Shown here in pieces: positions 28,931-38,643 of a stretch of 64,000 nt of DNA. A model generated the notes under the pieces. That model made no database searches. It was given only the letters and a program-made list of their open reading frames with translations, and was not told where the DNA came from. The stretch is taken from NCBI GenBank assembly GCA_039030515.1, contig JBCCEA010000004.1, positions 32,001 through 96,000 on the forward strand, read 5' to 3'. The position numbers were made by a program, and so were the translations under genes. The stretch's first letter is position 1. Each line of letters opens with the position of its first letter. The DNA is from Myxococcota bacterium. Lineage in GTDB: Bacteria; Myxococcota_A; Polyangia; Polyangiales; Houyiibacteriaceae.

Positions 28931-29730
28931 TCATCCGTTGCGGCAACACCGCTCGAAGACGAGCCCTCGTCGATACGCTCCACGAAGCGGATCGCAGGTC
29001 GATCCTCCAGCGGGGCCGTTGGGCCGCCCTCTTCGTATCCGATAACCCTCAAGTCGATCGCCCTTCCTTCAGGAGCCGTAAACGAGTAGTTGGATCGCAC
29101 CTTGAAGCGATAACCCTTTAAGTAGGAAAAGACTCCGTAGCCGTGACCACGGTACTCTGCATTGACGGTGAGTGTATGCTCCCCGGGCACGATACTTCCG
29201 TTGTACACCTGAAATTCTTCGCGCTCCCCGAGGTCCCCGTCCTCATCCGCTCTACTAAATATCGGAGCTCCGTCCAAAGCGTATACTGCCTTGACGAGTT
29301 TGTAAGAGTTGCTCATGCGATTTTGGTGCACGATAACCGCCTGCGCTCCGGCGACCACTCCCTGAAGTACAGTCTCAGCTAGGAGGGACAAACGAGCTTT
29401 CGAACGAAATATTTGTTCCTTGAGCTCGTTGATGCGCTGCTCCAAATCTCGAAGCCGCACCGCGTACGTACTGGCGTTCATCTCGTCTACCTGACGACCC
29501 TCGACCTCGGAACTTTGGGGCGAGACATTGCTTCCGTTCGTCGTTACCTCGCCAAACCCCTCCCCCGGGTCTGCGTCTGCCGCCCGAGAATTCTCCGTTG
29601 GGGGTGCGGAATCTTCCCTGGAAGAATCCACACCATCGAGTTCATCAGTATTGTTGGGTTGTGCAACCGAAGTAGCGGTGACCAGCATGGCCAGCGCGAT
29701 CAATGGCCACATCGACGTCAGCCTACGCAT
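28927..29730 (-). CDS. Secreted hypothetical protein (acidic linker, coiled coil, beta-sandwich); probable first gene of the Glt-like operon
   Basis: Signal peptide; LRDLEQRINELKEQIFRSKARLSLL, YALDGAPIF, YRGHGYGVFSYLKGYRFKV; ATGA-coupled to the next gene. Confidence 0.8.
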   Translation of the reverse strand: MRRLTSMWPLIALAMLVTATSVAQPNNTDELDGVDSSREDSAPPTENSRAADADPGEGFGEVTTNGSNVSPQSSEVEGRQVDEMNASTYAVRLRDLEQRINELKEQIFRSKARLSLLAETVLQGVVAGAQAVIVHQNRMSNSYKLVKAVYALDGAPIFSRADEDGDLGEREEFQVYNGSIVPGEHTLTVNAEYRGHGYGVFSYLKGYRFKVRSNYSFTAPEGRAIDLRVIGYEEGGPTAPLEDRPAIRFVERIDEGSSSSGVAATDE

Positions 29731-29988
29731 CTGCGTCTCCTATCTAGCGAGGCCGCACCAGGGGCCACTCCTCCCCCCGACAGGCTCCTCGCTTATATCA
29801 ATCTTCCTTCAGACGGTCAACGGCGTCCAACAATCCTTGCTGCTTGAGTCGAGGGCGATTTTCTAGCAGATTCCGATTTCTTCGACTCGTTACCAACGAA
29901 GTATGCACCAGGTCAAGGTGGACATCACTGGGCATCGATTTGGCGCACAGCACAATAGGGAGCCGGGTTGCCAAACGGAAGGCGAGAC

Positions 29989-30771
29989 TCAGAACGCCCC
30001 GAGCCACCGCATCCATCCGCCTCGGCGTCTCAGCTCGAAGCCGCCGGCAGTTTGGGCACCCACCACGGCGTGCGCAAGCGAGTCGAAAAACTCCTCCTCC
30101 GGAAGCGACATCCTGAGGGCGCGCGCGATGATCTTCCACTCCTCCGAAGGACCTGCGAACGTCACCTTGGCGCCCATAAAACGCGCGACGTCACGCACCG
30201 ACAGCAACTCCACCACGCGATCCCTGGCCGCCTCGACCAGCCCAAGAGAGTCGACGACGAGCGCTCCAATCGGCTCGCGAAGCATCCACGCTCCGACCTT
30301 CTCGTTCACCCGAGCGATAGACTCACTGGGCCAGCTACCGGATAGGGTGAGCAGCAAACATCCGGGATAAAGGAGGCGAAGCGGTACACTCGCCTGCTGT
30401 TTTGCTTGGAGCTCGGACTGCTCCACCTCTTTCATTCCAGCGAAAACCCCTTCGAGAAAAAGAGCGAAGAGGCGCTGACCGTCTCCGACCACAGGAGAGA
30501 CTCGGAGCCGCTCAAAAAGTGCCGTTCCGACGGTGAAGACGCCGGTTGGAGAAAGCTGGCATGCTCCGACTCGTCGCCCAAATAGCGTCAGGAGTGCACA
30601 GCCTTCAGAATGACTAAGGGAGAACGGCCGATCGGATTCTGAATGAGAAAAAGCGAGGAATACGGGCCGGGTCTCCTCGGTCAACTCATCGATCCAGAAT
30701 CGATCTGCATGCAAAACGAGCGACTCGCTTAATTGATTATGAAATTTCTGTTGCTCGACATTCGCATCCAT
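29989..30771 (-). CDS. Hypothetical protein with a C-terminal STAS (RsbR-like) domain
   Basis: ALVVDSLGL...LLSVRDVARFMGAKVTFAGPS resembles RsbR STAS (IIDITG...RLLGAxxILxGIxP). Confidence 0.55.
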   Translation of the reverse strand: MDANVEQQKFHNQLSESLVLHADRFWIDELTEETRPVFLAFSHSESDRPFSLSHSEGCALLTLFGRRVGACQLSPTGVFTVGTALFERLRVSPVVGDGQRLFALFLEGVFAGMKEVEQSELQAKQQASVPLRLLYPGCLLLTLSGSWPSESIARVNEKVGAWMLREPIGALVVDSLGLVEAARDRVVELLSVRDVARFMGAKVTFAGPSEEWKIIARALRMSLPEEEFFDSLAHAVVGAQTAGGFELRRRGGWMRWLGAF

Positions 30772-30879
30772 CGATCTCGACTGTAGAGGAACCCCACTTG
30801 CGAGGGTACCCCCCTAACCGCCATCTGTTGTGGTAACGCGGTTCCACCCTGAACGAAAAGTCGCAGCAGGAGATTCCAA

Positions 30880-32265
30880 TTGAGCGCAAACATCCTCGTC
30901 ATCGACAATGAAAAAAACATCCGGAGAACGCTCAGGATGGTCCTGGAAGGTGCAGCTTTTGAAGTACTCGACACCGGCACCGGGGAGCATGGCCTTGAGC
31001 TGCTTCAAGACGGCGTCGTCGACCTGGTGATCCTCGACGTGCGACTTCCCGGGATTAGTGGGATCGAGACCCTGCAGAAAATACGCAGCAACACCGTCAC
31101 GAAACGACTGCCGGTCCTGATGATTTCGGGTCACGCCTCCCTCGCCGAGGCGGTCCAGGCCGTGCAGAGCGGCGCCACCGACTTCTTCGAAAAACCTCTC
31201 GATCGCGACCGAATCTTGGTCACGGTTCGCAACGCGCTTCGCACCTGGCAACTCGAAAGAGAACTCGACCGATTGCGAACCGACGCCCGCGAGCGTTACG
31301 AAATGATAGGAAAGAGCGCGGCGATGCGGGAGCTCTACGGACAACTGGAAAAGGTAGCCCCGACCAATGGTCGCGTATTGATTACGGGGGAAAGCGGCAC
31401 CGGGAAAGAACTGATCGCACGCGCCATTCATCGACTTAGCCCGAGGTCCGAAAGTGCTTTTATCAAGGTCAATTGCGCGGCGATTCCTTCGGAGCTTATC
31501 GAGAGTGAACTTTTCGGCTACGAGCGAGGCGCATTTACCGGCGCCCAGAACCGTAAAAAAGGCATGTTCGAGCTTGCGAACAGAGGCACCCTCTTCCTTG
31601 ACGAGATTGGGGACATGAGCCTCAGCGCTCAAGCCAAAGTCCTCAGGGCGTTACAAAGCGGTGAAATTTCTCGAGTGGGCAGCGAACGAACAGTTGCGGT
31701 CGACGTGCGAGTACTCGCTGCCACCAACAAAGACCTGGAGGATGCGGTTGACGAAGGCGCGTTTCGGGAAGACCTATACTTCCGCCTCAACGTGGTTCCA
31801 GTACACAGCCCCCCACTGCGCGACCGTCTGGAGGATGTTCCGTTGCTGGCGCAGTCATTCTTAAAGTCCTTCTGCGCAGAAAACGGACTTCGCAACAAGG
31901 AATTCGAGCCGGTCGTTTTGAACCGGCTTGCCGAGCGCTGGTGGCCGGGAAATGTTCGAGAGCTAAGGAACGTGGTGGAGCGGATGGTGATTCTCAGCGG
32001 TGACCGCATCTGCGAGGAAGATCTCCCCGATCAGGGTCGCCTCGCACGTTCGACGGCACAGAAACCTTCCACCCCCCCGTCGGCCGAACACGAAACCGGC
32101 GCTCGAATGACCCTGCGTGAATATCGAGAGCAGGCAGAGCGTTCCTACATTCTCCAGATGCTGCAGGAATGCGATTGGAACATTTCGAAAGCTGCTGTGA
32201 GTCTTGGAGTGGAGCGTACCAATCTACACAAGAAGATGCGTTCCTACGGCATCAAACGTAGTTAA
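30880..32265 (+). CDS. Sigma-54-dependent response regulator (NtrC/NtrX family: REC-AAA+-HTH)
   Basis: [44 protein letters not shown], Fis-type HTH; AGGAG SD before TTG. Confidence 0.95.
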   Translation: MSANILVIDNEKNIRRTLRMVLEGAAFEVLDTGTGEHGLELLQDGVVDLVILDVRLPGISGIETLQKIRSNTVTKRLPVLMISGHASLAEAVQAVQSGATDFFEKPLDRDRILVTVRNALRTWQLERELDRLRTDARERYEMIGKSAAMRELYGQLEKVAPTNGRVLITGESGTGKELIARAIHRLSPRSESAFIKVNCAAIPSELIESELFGYERGAFTGAQNRKKGMFELANRGTLFLDEIGDMSLSAQAKVLRALQSGEISRVGSERTVAVDVRVLAATNKDLEDAVDEGAFREDLYFRLNVVPVHSPPLRDRLEDVPLLAQSFLKSFCAENGLRNKEFEPVVLNRLAERWWPGNVRELRNVVERMVILSGDRICEEDLPDQGRLARSTAQKPSTPPSAEHETGARMTLREYREQAERSYILQMLQECDWNISKAAVSLGVERTNLHKKMRSYGIKRS

Positions 32266-32339
32266 ATCCAAGCGGTCTAGAAGTGCCAAGCGCACAGATA
32301 CTCTACGTTCGAGCACGAGTCCGATGGGAATAGGGAACC

Positions 32340-32582
32340 ATGATCTTAACGCTACTCAAAACCACGCTTTCGCTCTTTGTTCTCTTCTGCGTCGGATGGT
32401 TCTTTTTTATGGTGCCCCTGGGTGAGCGAACTCTTTTTGAGCACTGCTGGAGAATTTCTAAGACCGACGAGGCTCGGGAGCTGGGTCGTGAATTCGGCGA
32501 AGCGGGAAGCCGTCTTGTCGATCAAATCGGCAACCGCATCGAAGAGCAGAACTCCGATGCGGAGCCATCTCATCCAAAATGA
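32340..32582 (+). CDS. Small membrane-anchored hypothetical protein
   Basis: N-terminal TM, then FFMVPLGERTLFEH; SD-like AGGGA upstream. Confidence 0.6.
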   Translation: MILTLLKTTLSLFVLFCVGWFFFMVPLGERTLFEHCWRISKTDEARELGREFGEAGSRLVDQIGNRIEEQNSDAEPSHPK

Positions 32583-32601
32583 ATTCGATTGAGAGATCGC
32601 C

Positions 32602-33552
32602 TTAGAGCGTCGATTCAGAATCCATTTCCGCAGGTTGATACTCTGCCGTCTGGCCCTCTGAAGCATCGTCACTCACTTCTGTCTTGAGCTCACATCGGCG
32701 CCACTCTTCCAGAAACTCCCACTCCGCGATGAGACCTTTTCGAATGAGTATTTTCATAAGACACGCAGACACGCGCTCCCAACCCGCGCCTTCAAGCACA
32801 TCGGAAACTTCCTGACCCTGATCGCGAGCCACAAGCGCCTGAAAGAGCTCCGACACGGTCAGCGAGGGCTCTTCTGCCGAAGGCTGCTCTTCGTGCGCCT
32901 GCGGATTGGACAACATCACCGAAGTGCCGTCGAGGAAGGTGAGCGTCATCGCTTTAGGAGATGTTCCACCCCCGCGAACGGGAGCGTTCTCGGGAGTGCC
33001 CAAAGGCCTAATGTTCTCCGTCGTATCCGAAAGCTTGATATAGGACGGTGCCGTCAATTCTGGAGCGGGAATCGTGGGTTGATCCACCGGGATCGGAGCA
33101 GCGATCGTCCGTTGATAGTAGATTCGAATCGCGTTTCGAATCTCACCAGGCGGGGCAACCATAGCCTTCACCGCAAGACCCGATTCGGAACGTACTTTAG
33201 ACAAAGCGGTCTGATTGGTCGGATCGTCCATGGCCACAAAGAGCGTATCCCCGTCATGGCGCACTGAGCGTCGATATACCGGAATGAGGCAATACTCCTC
33301 AGCCAGGTCCGGTGAAACCAAATCGAGAAGTGTGCGCGAAAACTGCACGTGATAAAGAGAAACCCAAGGAATCGAAAGCTGATTGGATAAGATTTGAGTA
33401 AGCTGCACTTCAGTTAATAAACCCAAAGCGGTGAGCTCTTCGCCCAAACGCCTACCCGAAAGCTTTTGGGTGCTTAGTGCTTCGTCGACCTGCTCCTCAG
33501 TGACCAGCCCAGCGGCAACCAACATATCACCTAGGCGCGCGAGCCTTGCCAT
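32602..33552 (-). CDS. Stand-alone MshEN (GspE N-terminal) domain protein, probable c-di-GMP receptor
   Basis: Tandem RLGxxLxxxGLxxxxxxxxxLxxQ motifs, AEEYCLIP, LFVAMDDP; no ATPase domain. Confidence 0.85.
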   Translation of the reverse strand: MARLARLGDMLVAAGLVTEEQVDEALSTQKLSGRRLGEELTALGLLTEVQLTQILSNQLSIPWVSLYHVQFSRTLLDLVSPDLAEEYCLIPVYRRSVRHDGDTLFVAMDDPTNQTALSKVRSESGLAVKAMVAPPGEIRNAIRIYYQRTIAAPIPVDQPTIPAPELTAPSYIKLSDTTENIRPLGTPENAPVRGGGTSPKAMTLTFLDGTSVMLSNPQAHEEQPSAEEPSLTVSELFQALVARDQGQEVSDVLEGAGWERVSACLMKILIRKGLIAEWEFLEEWRRCELKTEVSDDASEGQTAEYQPAEMDSESTL

Positions 33553-33710
33553 AGGCTCTAATAGTACAGTTCATTCCTTCTCGGCGTAACTATTGACTTG
33601 GGCTTTGACCACGACTCTCGAACAGCCGCGGCACCCCAACTCCCGGAAATAGTGCGGCTGCCTCCTCGTCGGACAGGATCCTGCTTTGCGTGGTCCGAAT
33701 CGTAGGCGGC

Positions 33711-35006
33711 TTAGAGAAGCGCTCCGACTCGGCGCTCGACCTCTACGCGAATATCTGCTGGAAATATCAGCCGCGGTCGCTGAACCTTCTTATTTTTCAG
33801 TTCGCCGAGTACAAAGGACACCTGACTTAGTCGCTGTATGGGAACGTGAGAGAGAACGACCCAGAGTCCGTCTTCGGCGCCCTCAGACTCAGCGTATGGA
33901 GTGGACTCTGGCAGATCGAGCTGCACCTCTAAATCGCCTCGGATTCCCTGTTGTTCCGAAAGCTTCCTCACAGTATCTGCGGCGCGAGCCCAGAGCTCTT
34001 CAGCATATGCCGGCAGAGGCAAAGTTTTCGGTAAGGATCGCGCACGAAAGCGTTTCGCGAGACCGGACAGAGTCCGATCGTCTGTGTGTTCCCAAACCGA
34101 AAAAGCGTGCAGAAGTGACGCATCGTCGATTTCAAGGTACTCGCGAAGCGTAGGCACTATCCCTAAGCAGGCATCCCTCACCGCGGTCGGAAGCGCCTCT
34201 GGAGGCGTTCCATCGCGCACCAGTTCAGCCAATCGCCTAAAAATGGAGCGAATGAGTGCCTCCGCCGCACGAGTCGCCTTATGGTGGTATACTTGTTGAT
34301 ACATGTGGTGCCGTCCCAGGAAGAACCGCTCTATCGGAGGCAACCCCTTTCGCCCCTCTACGGCCAAGACTTCAACACCCGACGGGGTCGTTCCGAAAGT
34401 GAGCGCCTGAAGCACCCAATCGAGATCGAACTGACCGTAGCGGACCCCGGTCATATAGCTATCTCGGAGTAGATAGTCGCAACGGTCTACGTCGAGCATG
34501 CCGCTCACTGCTCGGGTCAAGTAGGAGAGCCGCGCTCGCCCTGCCAGGATATCGACGACTCTTGTGGCCATCCCTGGCGATAGAGACTCGAGGGCTCCGT
34601 GAACCTCAGTCGCTGGATCGCTCAGAATTAGCGTGGTCCACGACTCGTGATGGATCGCATTGTCGAATACCTCTTCAAAAAAATGTGAGAATGGGCCGTG
34701 ACCGATGTCGTGAAGCAGTGCAGCAGCAACGGCTTCAAGAGCTTCCTGCTCGTTCAAGCGGGAGGAGTATTCGATCAGGTGCTCACAGCAACGGATCCGC
34801 TGCAGCAGCAGAATCATCACGTGCGCCGTGCCAAGCGCATGCGAAAATCTACTATGCTCCGCGCCAGGGAATACCAGGCTTGTCAATCCAAGCTGGCGAA
34901 TGTAGCGCAGTCGCTGAAACTCCCTTGTGTCGATGAGTCGACGTACGACCTTTTCAAAGTCCCCCTCGAACGCAACCAAACCATGTACGGGATCACGCAA
35001 AATCAC
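33711..35006 (-). CDS. HD-domain phosphohydrolase (YwfO/SAMHD1-like dNTPase family)
   Basis: RDPVHG, FQRLRYIRQLG, HSRFSHALG, LLHDIGHGPFSH, DVDRCDYL, MYQQVYHH. Confidence 0.92.
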   Translation of the reverse strand: MILRDPVHGLVAFEGDFEKVVRRLIDTREFQRLRYIRQLGLTSLVFPGAEHSRFSHALGTAHVMILLLQRIRCCEHLIEYSSRLNEQEALEAVAAALLHDIGHGPFSHFFEEVFDNAIHHESWTTLILSDPATEVHGALESLSPGMATRVVDILAGRARLSYLTRAVSGMLDVDRCDYLLRDSYMTGVRYGQFDLDWVLQALTFGTTPSGVEVLAVEGRKGLPPIERFFLGRHHMYQQVYHHKATRAAEALIRSIFRRLAELVRDGTPPEALPTAVRDACLGIVPTLREYLEIDDASLLHAFSVWEHTDDRTLSGLAKRFRARSLPKTLPLPAYAEELWARAADTVRKLSEQQGIRGDLEVQLDLPESTPYAESEGAEDGLWVVLSHVPIQRLSQVSFVLGELKNKKVQRPRLIFPADIRVEVERRVGALL

Positions 35007-35116
35007 GCTGACAACCTAGCGCGCGGGCACGGTCTGAGTCGATGAAGACCGTGTGCGAAGCAGCAAACTCTCAGCGTCCGTAGCAAGGTAGCGAGAGAAC
35101 CTGCTACATCGCTGGC

Positions 35117-36553
35117 ATGAGACGATCGATCCATGTTGCCTCCTGGGCCGGATGGCTTCTGCTCCTGACCCCCAGCCTGAACGCACAGAGTTTGCGACCA
35201 GAGGCAGCGATTGCGCTTCAGAATGAGCTCAGACGGATTGTCAGAGAATCATCACCGTCCGAAGCGCTAGGAGTTGCGGTTTCAGACGCGGTGACCGGAC
35301 AAGACATTTTTTCACACAACGCGCACATACACCGCAATCCAGCATCCAATATGAAACTGGTCACCGCTGCAGGTGTCCTCAAGCACCTCGGCCCGAATTT
35401 CAAGATACGAACGGCCCTATACGGGCGGATGGATGACTCAGGGAACGTCGATGTCCTCGTTTTGCGTGGTCAGGGAGACCCTTCACTCAGCATGAGCGAT
35501 TTCACCGAACTCGCTGCGCAGATCCGATATCGAGGTGTTCGCAGGGTTCGCAAAGTCATAGTCGATGGATCGTATTTTGACGATCAGCGGCTCCCGCCGG
35601 CTTTTGAGCAACAACCCAATGAAGTGTCCGCATTTCGAGCTCCAGTTGCGGCCGTTACCTTGGAGCGCAGTAGTTTTCTGCTCAGAGTTCGCCCGAGTCT
35701 GAGTGCTGGGGACACCGCCGTAGCCACCCTGGTACCCAGTGGCTACTTCGATGTCGAAAACCAAATCACGACGACGGCTAGCGGATCACCCAACATTATT
35801 GCGATACAGCGAGACGCAGGCAGACAGCTTTCTCTCAAACTCCGAGGCAGCATCCCCATCAGCTCGACAAGGGGCGTGGCTTATCGCAGGCGCGTTGCGA
35901 ATCCCCTATCCTATGCTGCCTTCGGCATGGTCGAAGCGTTGCAGCGCGTGGGGATTCGAACCGATAGGCTCGTGGAAACACGGAAGGTCGACGACCCCTT
36001 GCCCATGCTCGCGTCTCGACAGTCTCCCAGCGTCGCAACGCTGTTGCAACGCGTCGGAAAGCTCAGCGACAACTTCTATGCCGAAATGCTCCTCAAAGTG
36101 ATGGCAGCGGAGCACGCGGCTCCGGGCACCTCAAAGCATGGCGCACAACTGCTTGAACAGATGCTCTCCGAAGTAGGCGCTCCAGGAGAAGCCACGATCA
36201 TCAACGGATCCGGTCTATTCGAAGGAAACGCCATTACTCCCGCTCAGCTCACGCACCTGCTGCATCACGTGTATCGATCACCCTCGATACGCCATGAATA
36301 TCTCAGCCATCTTTCCATCGCAGGGGTGGACGGCACACTCCGAAGAAGAATGCGGGATACTGCAGCTCAAGATACGATCCGAGCGAAAACCGGAACGCTA
36401 AATGGGGTTATCACGCTCTCCGGCTACGCCGTTTCCAACCACCGAGTCTTCTCGTTTTCGGTGCTGTGCAATGGTGTACGTGGCAAACACGCGCAAGCCC
36501 GACGATTCACCGATGAAATCGCCACTGCGCTGGCGATCCACGTACAGAGGTGA
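35117..36553 (+). CDS. dacB: D-Ala-D-Ala carboxypeptidase/endopeptidase (PBP4, peptidase S13)
   Basis: PASNMK (SxxK), GDPSL, SDN, NGSGL, KTGTL. Confidence 0.93.
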   Translation: MRRSIHVASWAGWLLLLTPSLNAQSLRPEAAIALQNELRRIVRESSPSEALGVAVSDAVTGQDIFSHNAHIHRNPASNMKLVTAAGVLKHLGPNFKIRTALYGRMDDSGNVDVLVLRGQGDPSLSMSDFTELAAQIRYRGVRRVRKVIVDGSYFDDQRLPPAFEQQPNEVSAFRAPVAAVTLERSSFLLRVRPSLSAGDTAVATLVPSGYFDVENQITTTASGSPNIIAIQRDAGRQLSLKLRGSIPISSTRGVAYRRRVANPLSYAAFGMVEALQRVGIRTDRLVETRKVDDPLPMLASRQSPSVATLLQRVGKLSDNFYAEMLLKVMAAEHAAPGTSKHGAQLLEQMLSEVGAPGEATIINGSGLFEGNAITPAQLTHLLHHVYRSPSIRHEYLSHLSIAGVDGTLRRRMRDTAAQDTIRAKTGTLNGVITLSGYAVSNHRVFSFSVLCNGVRGKHAQARRFTDEIATALAIHVQR

Positions 36554-36688
36554 CTGTATGACGGATGGCTGGAACAGACATCGTCTCACCGAACATCATG
36601 GAACTCTGGGCGTGAAGAACTCCGCCCGCGAAACGTCGGTCAGGTGCCGAACCTGACTCGGTCGCAGGCGGAGCATTGTTTCGCTGGT

Positions 36689-37999
36689 TTACTCTTTCAT
36701 CTGTCGTCGAATTTTACCAAGCGCTTGTTCCTGAAGCTGGCGAATGCGCTCTCGCGAAAGATTGTACTTATCGCCGATCTCTTTCAGCGTCAGCTCATCT
36801 TCTTCGTCAAGACCAAATCTCCATCGAAGGATCCGCGCCTCCATAGGAGTGAGCGTTTCCAGAAGGCGCCGAACTTCCTCGCTCCACTTCTGACTTACCA
36901 ACTGTTCATAGGGGGTAGGAACGTTTTCCTGTTCGAGGAAGTCGATGAACTTTCGCCCATCCTCGTCGTTTACCGGGCGATCCAGGGAAAACGGCGTCTC
37001 GGCCCAGTAGCCCTTGATCTTTTCCAGTTTCTCAGCCGCGATTCCCGTCTCTTTTTCGAGCTCTTCCGAAGTTGGCTCCTTGCCGGTCCGCGTGGCGATC
37101 GCTTGAGTGGCTCGAGCCACCCGATTGTAGGTGTCGAGCATATGCACCGGGATACGGACCGCTCGCCCCTTATCTGCCAGTGCCCGACTGATGGCGTGTC
37201 TGATCCACCAGGAAGCGTAAGTGCTAAAACGGTATCCACGGTTGTGATCGAATCGCTCAACCGCCTTCATCAGGCCGATGTTCCCCTCTTGAATCAGGTC
37301 GATGAGCGGGAGTCGCCCTCGATTGTAGCGGCGTGCGATAGAGACGACGAGTCTTAGATTGGCTGCAACAAATCGATTTTTGGCGTTCTGCTGCGCTTTC
37401 CGCCCACGCACGACTGTCTTCAAATATGCTTTGAAGGAAGCGGTAATCCGTACCTCGTCGCCCTTCAGATCTCGCTCCTCCGCGAACTCACCAGCGATAC
37501 GATGCACCGCTCGGTCCGACTCCTGGACGAAAATGCGATCGCTATCGAGTTCCCGCAGTGTCGTAGAGAGTTCGAGCACCAGCTCATCCCAGCGAACCTG
37601 CTGACGCTTGCCGAGCTTCCCGCGTTTTGCGCCTTTGGCGATCTTCCTTAGCGCTGCCAGTTGAGGTAGCGCCTCTTCTTTGCAGTGTAATTCCACTACC
37701 GAAGCCACGGTCTCAAATGCGGAAGGGTAGGAAAAGAGCCCCTGCCAGTAGCCGATCTCGAGGCGTTCCACTTCCTTAGCGGCTTCGATCTCTTCCTGAG
37801 GCGTGAGAACCCTGTGACATGCCATTTCCCGAAAGTAACGAGACAGGGTTGAGTCCCCGGCGCCCTGACGTTCCAGCTCCTTTAGCGCTTTTGCTGCCTC
37901 AGAAGCCGCCTTATCGAGCTGCTCCTTTGTAGGCTCCGGCTTGCTTTCGCCCCCCTCCAATTGTAGCTCATCATGCGCCGCTGCTCCTCGCTTCGCCAT
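36689..37999 (-). CDS. Alternative RNA polymerase sigma-70 factor (RpoD/SigA-like, no region 1.1)
   Basis: Region 1.2 LSRYFREM, region 2 [38 protein letters not shown], region 4 TLKEIG..SRERIRQ; GGAG SD before ATG 37999. Confidence 0.93.
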   Translation of the reverse strand: MAKRGAAAHDELQLEGGESKPEPTKEQLDKAASEAAKALKELERQGAGDSTLSRYFREMACHRVLTPQEEIEAAKEVERLEIGYWQGLFSYPSAFETVASVVELHCKEEALPQLAALRKIAKGAKRGKLGKRQQVRWDELVLELSTTLRELDSDRIFVQESDRAVHRIAGEFAEERDLKGDEVRITASFKAYLKTVVRGRKAQQNAKNRFVAANLRLVVSIARRYNRGRLPLIDLIQEGNIGLMKAVERFDHNRGYRFSTYASWWIRHAISRALADKGRAVRIPVHMLDTYNRVARATQAIATRTGKEPTSEELEKETGIAAEKLEKIKGYWAETPFSLDRPVNDEDGRKFIDFLEQENVPTPYEQLVSQKWSEEVRRLLETLTPMEARILRWRFGLDEEDELTLKEIGDKYNLSRERIRQLQEQALGKIRRQMKE

Positions 38000-38139
38000 A
38001 TTGGTCTCCACACTCCCCGTCTTGCTCGTGGGTTCTGCGGGTATCCGTAATTCCAGGACCCCCATGTCCGCCACGATCTCTTTAGTTTCGCCAGGTCGAT
38101 TTCCAGGTGTCGAACTGACGGTCTTGAGCTAGGTTAAGA

Positions 38140-38155
38140 TGCACGGTTCGTGCCG
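38140..38155 (-). promoter_or_regulatory. Candidate sigma-54 (-24/-12) promoter for the sigma factor gene
   Basis: Minus strand CGGCACGAACCGTGCA = GG-N10-GC with a GGCACG core, about 140 nt upstream of the start. Confidence 0.55.
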
Positions 38156-38297
38156 CAGCGGGCGTGAGCGTCGCTCATTCCGTATGCTCTGCGAGACAGC
38201 TCGTCTCGTATCGCGGTAATCATACGAAAAAAGCCCATCTTCGCATCCATCCGACTCCGATCTGAACACCACGGCACCACCTTCTTATGTTAGGCGG

Positions 38298-38312
38298 TTC
38301 CGAGACTCGGAA
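38298..38312. promoter_or_regulatory. Inverted repeat TTCCGAG-A-CTCGGAA, possible activator-binding site
   Basis: Perfect 7-bp arms, about 145 bp upstream of the candidate -24 element. Confidence 0.35.
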
Positions 38313-38643
38313 ACAGGGGAGCACCCCCAAAAAAGGCTGTTCAATGCATGTTTCGCCGTCAGTTCTTTCACGCTGTCGACACGCTTTGCCACTGAGATTC
38401 CTCAAGTAAACAAGGCGTATACGTGATGAATCTCAACTCACCAGCGGCTCCGGCACGCCACGCTTCCTCAAGATTGAAGCCGCCACCCAGTGGGGACAGC
38501 GCTCCGGCGTCACTGGTCACCACTGACCAACGCTGTAGCCGTAACACTTCACTCCGTGCACAACCTTCATCACTGCGGTAGGCGGAGCATTCGAGTAATT
38601 GTTCTTGACGGCTCGCGACATTTCTGACTGACCGGGCACACGA

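Noticed and set aside
30814..31632. 272-aa minus-strand ORF
   Set aside because: Antisense shadow of the sigma-54 response regulator
33620..33665. CAGCCGC...GCGGCTG hairpin as a terminator or RNA element
   Set aside because: Long irregular loop and no U-tract; insufficient support
33711..35006. HD dNTPase as an antiphage defence gene
   Set aside because: Matches the widespread housekeeping YwfO-like family, and there is no defence-island context
36644..37357. 237-aa plus-strand ORF
   Set aside because: Antisense shadow of the conserved sigma-70 regions
36689..37999. Calling the sigma factor the primary rpoD
   Set aside because: No region 1.1, divergent region 2.4, and no dnaG context
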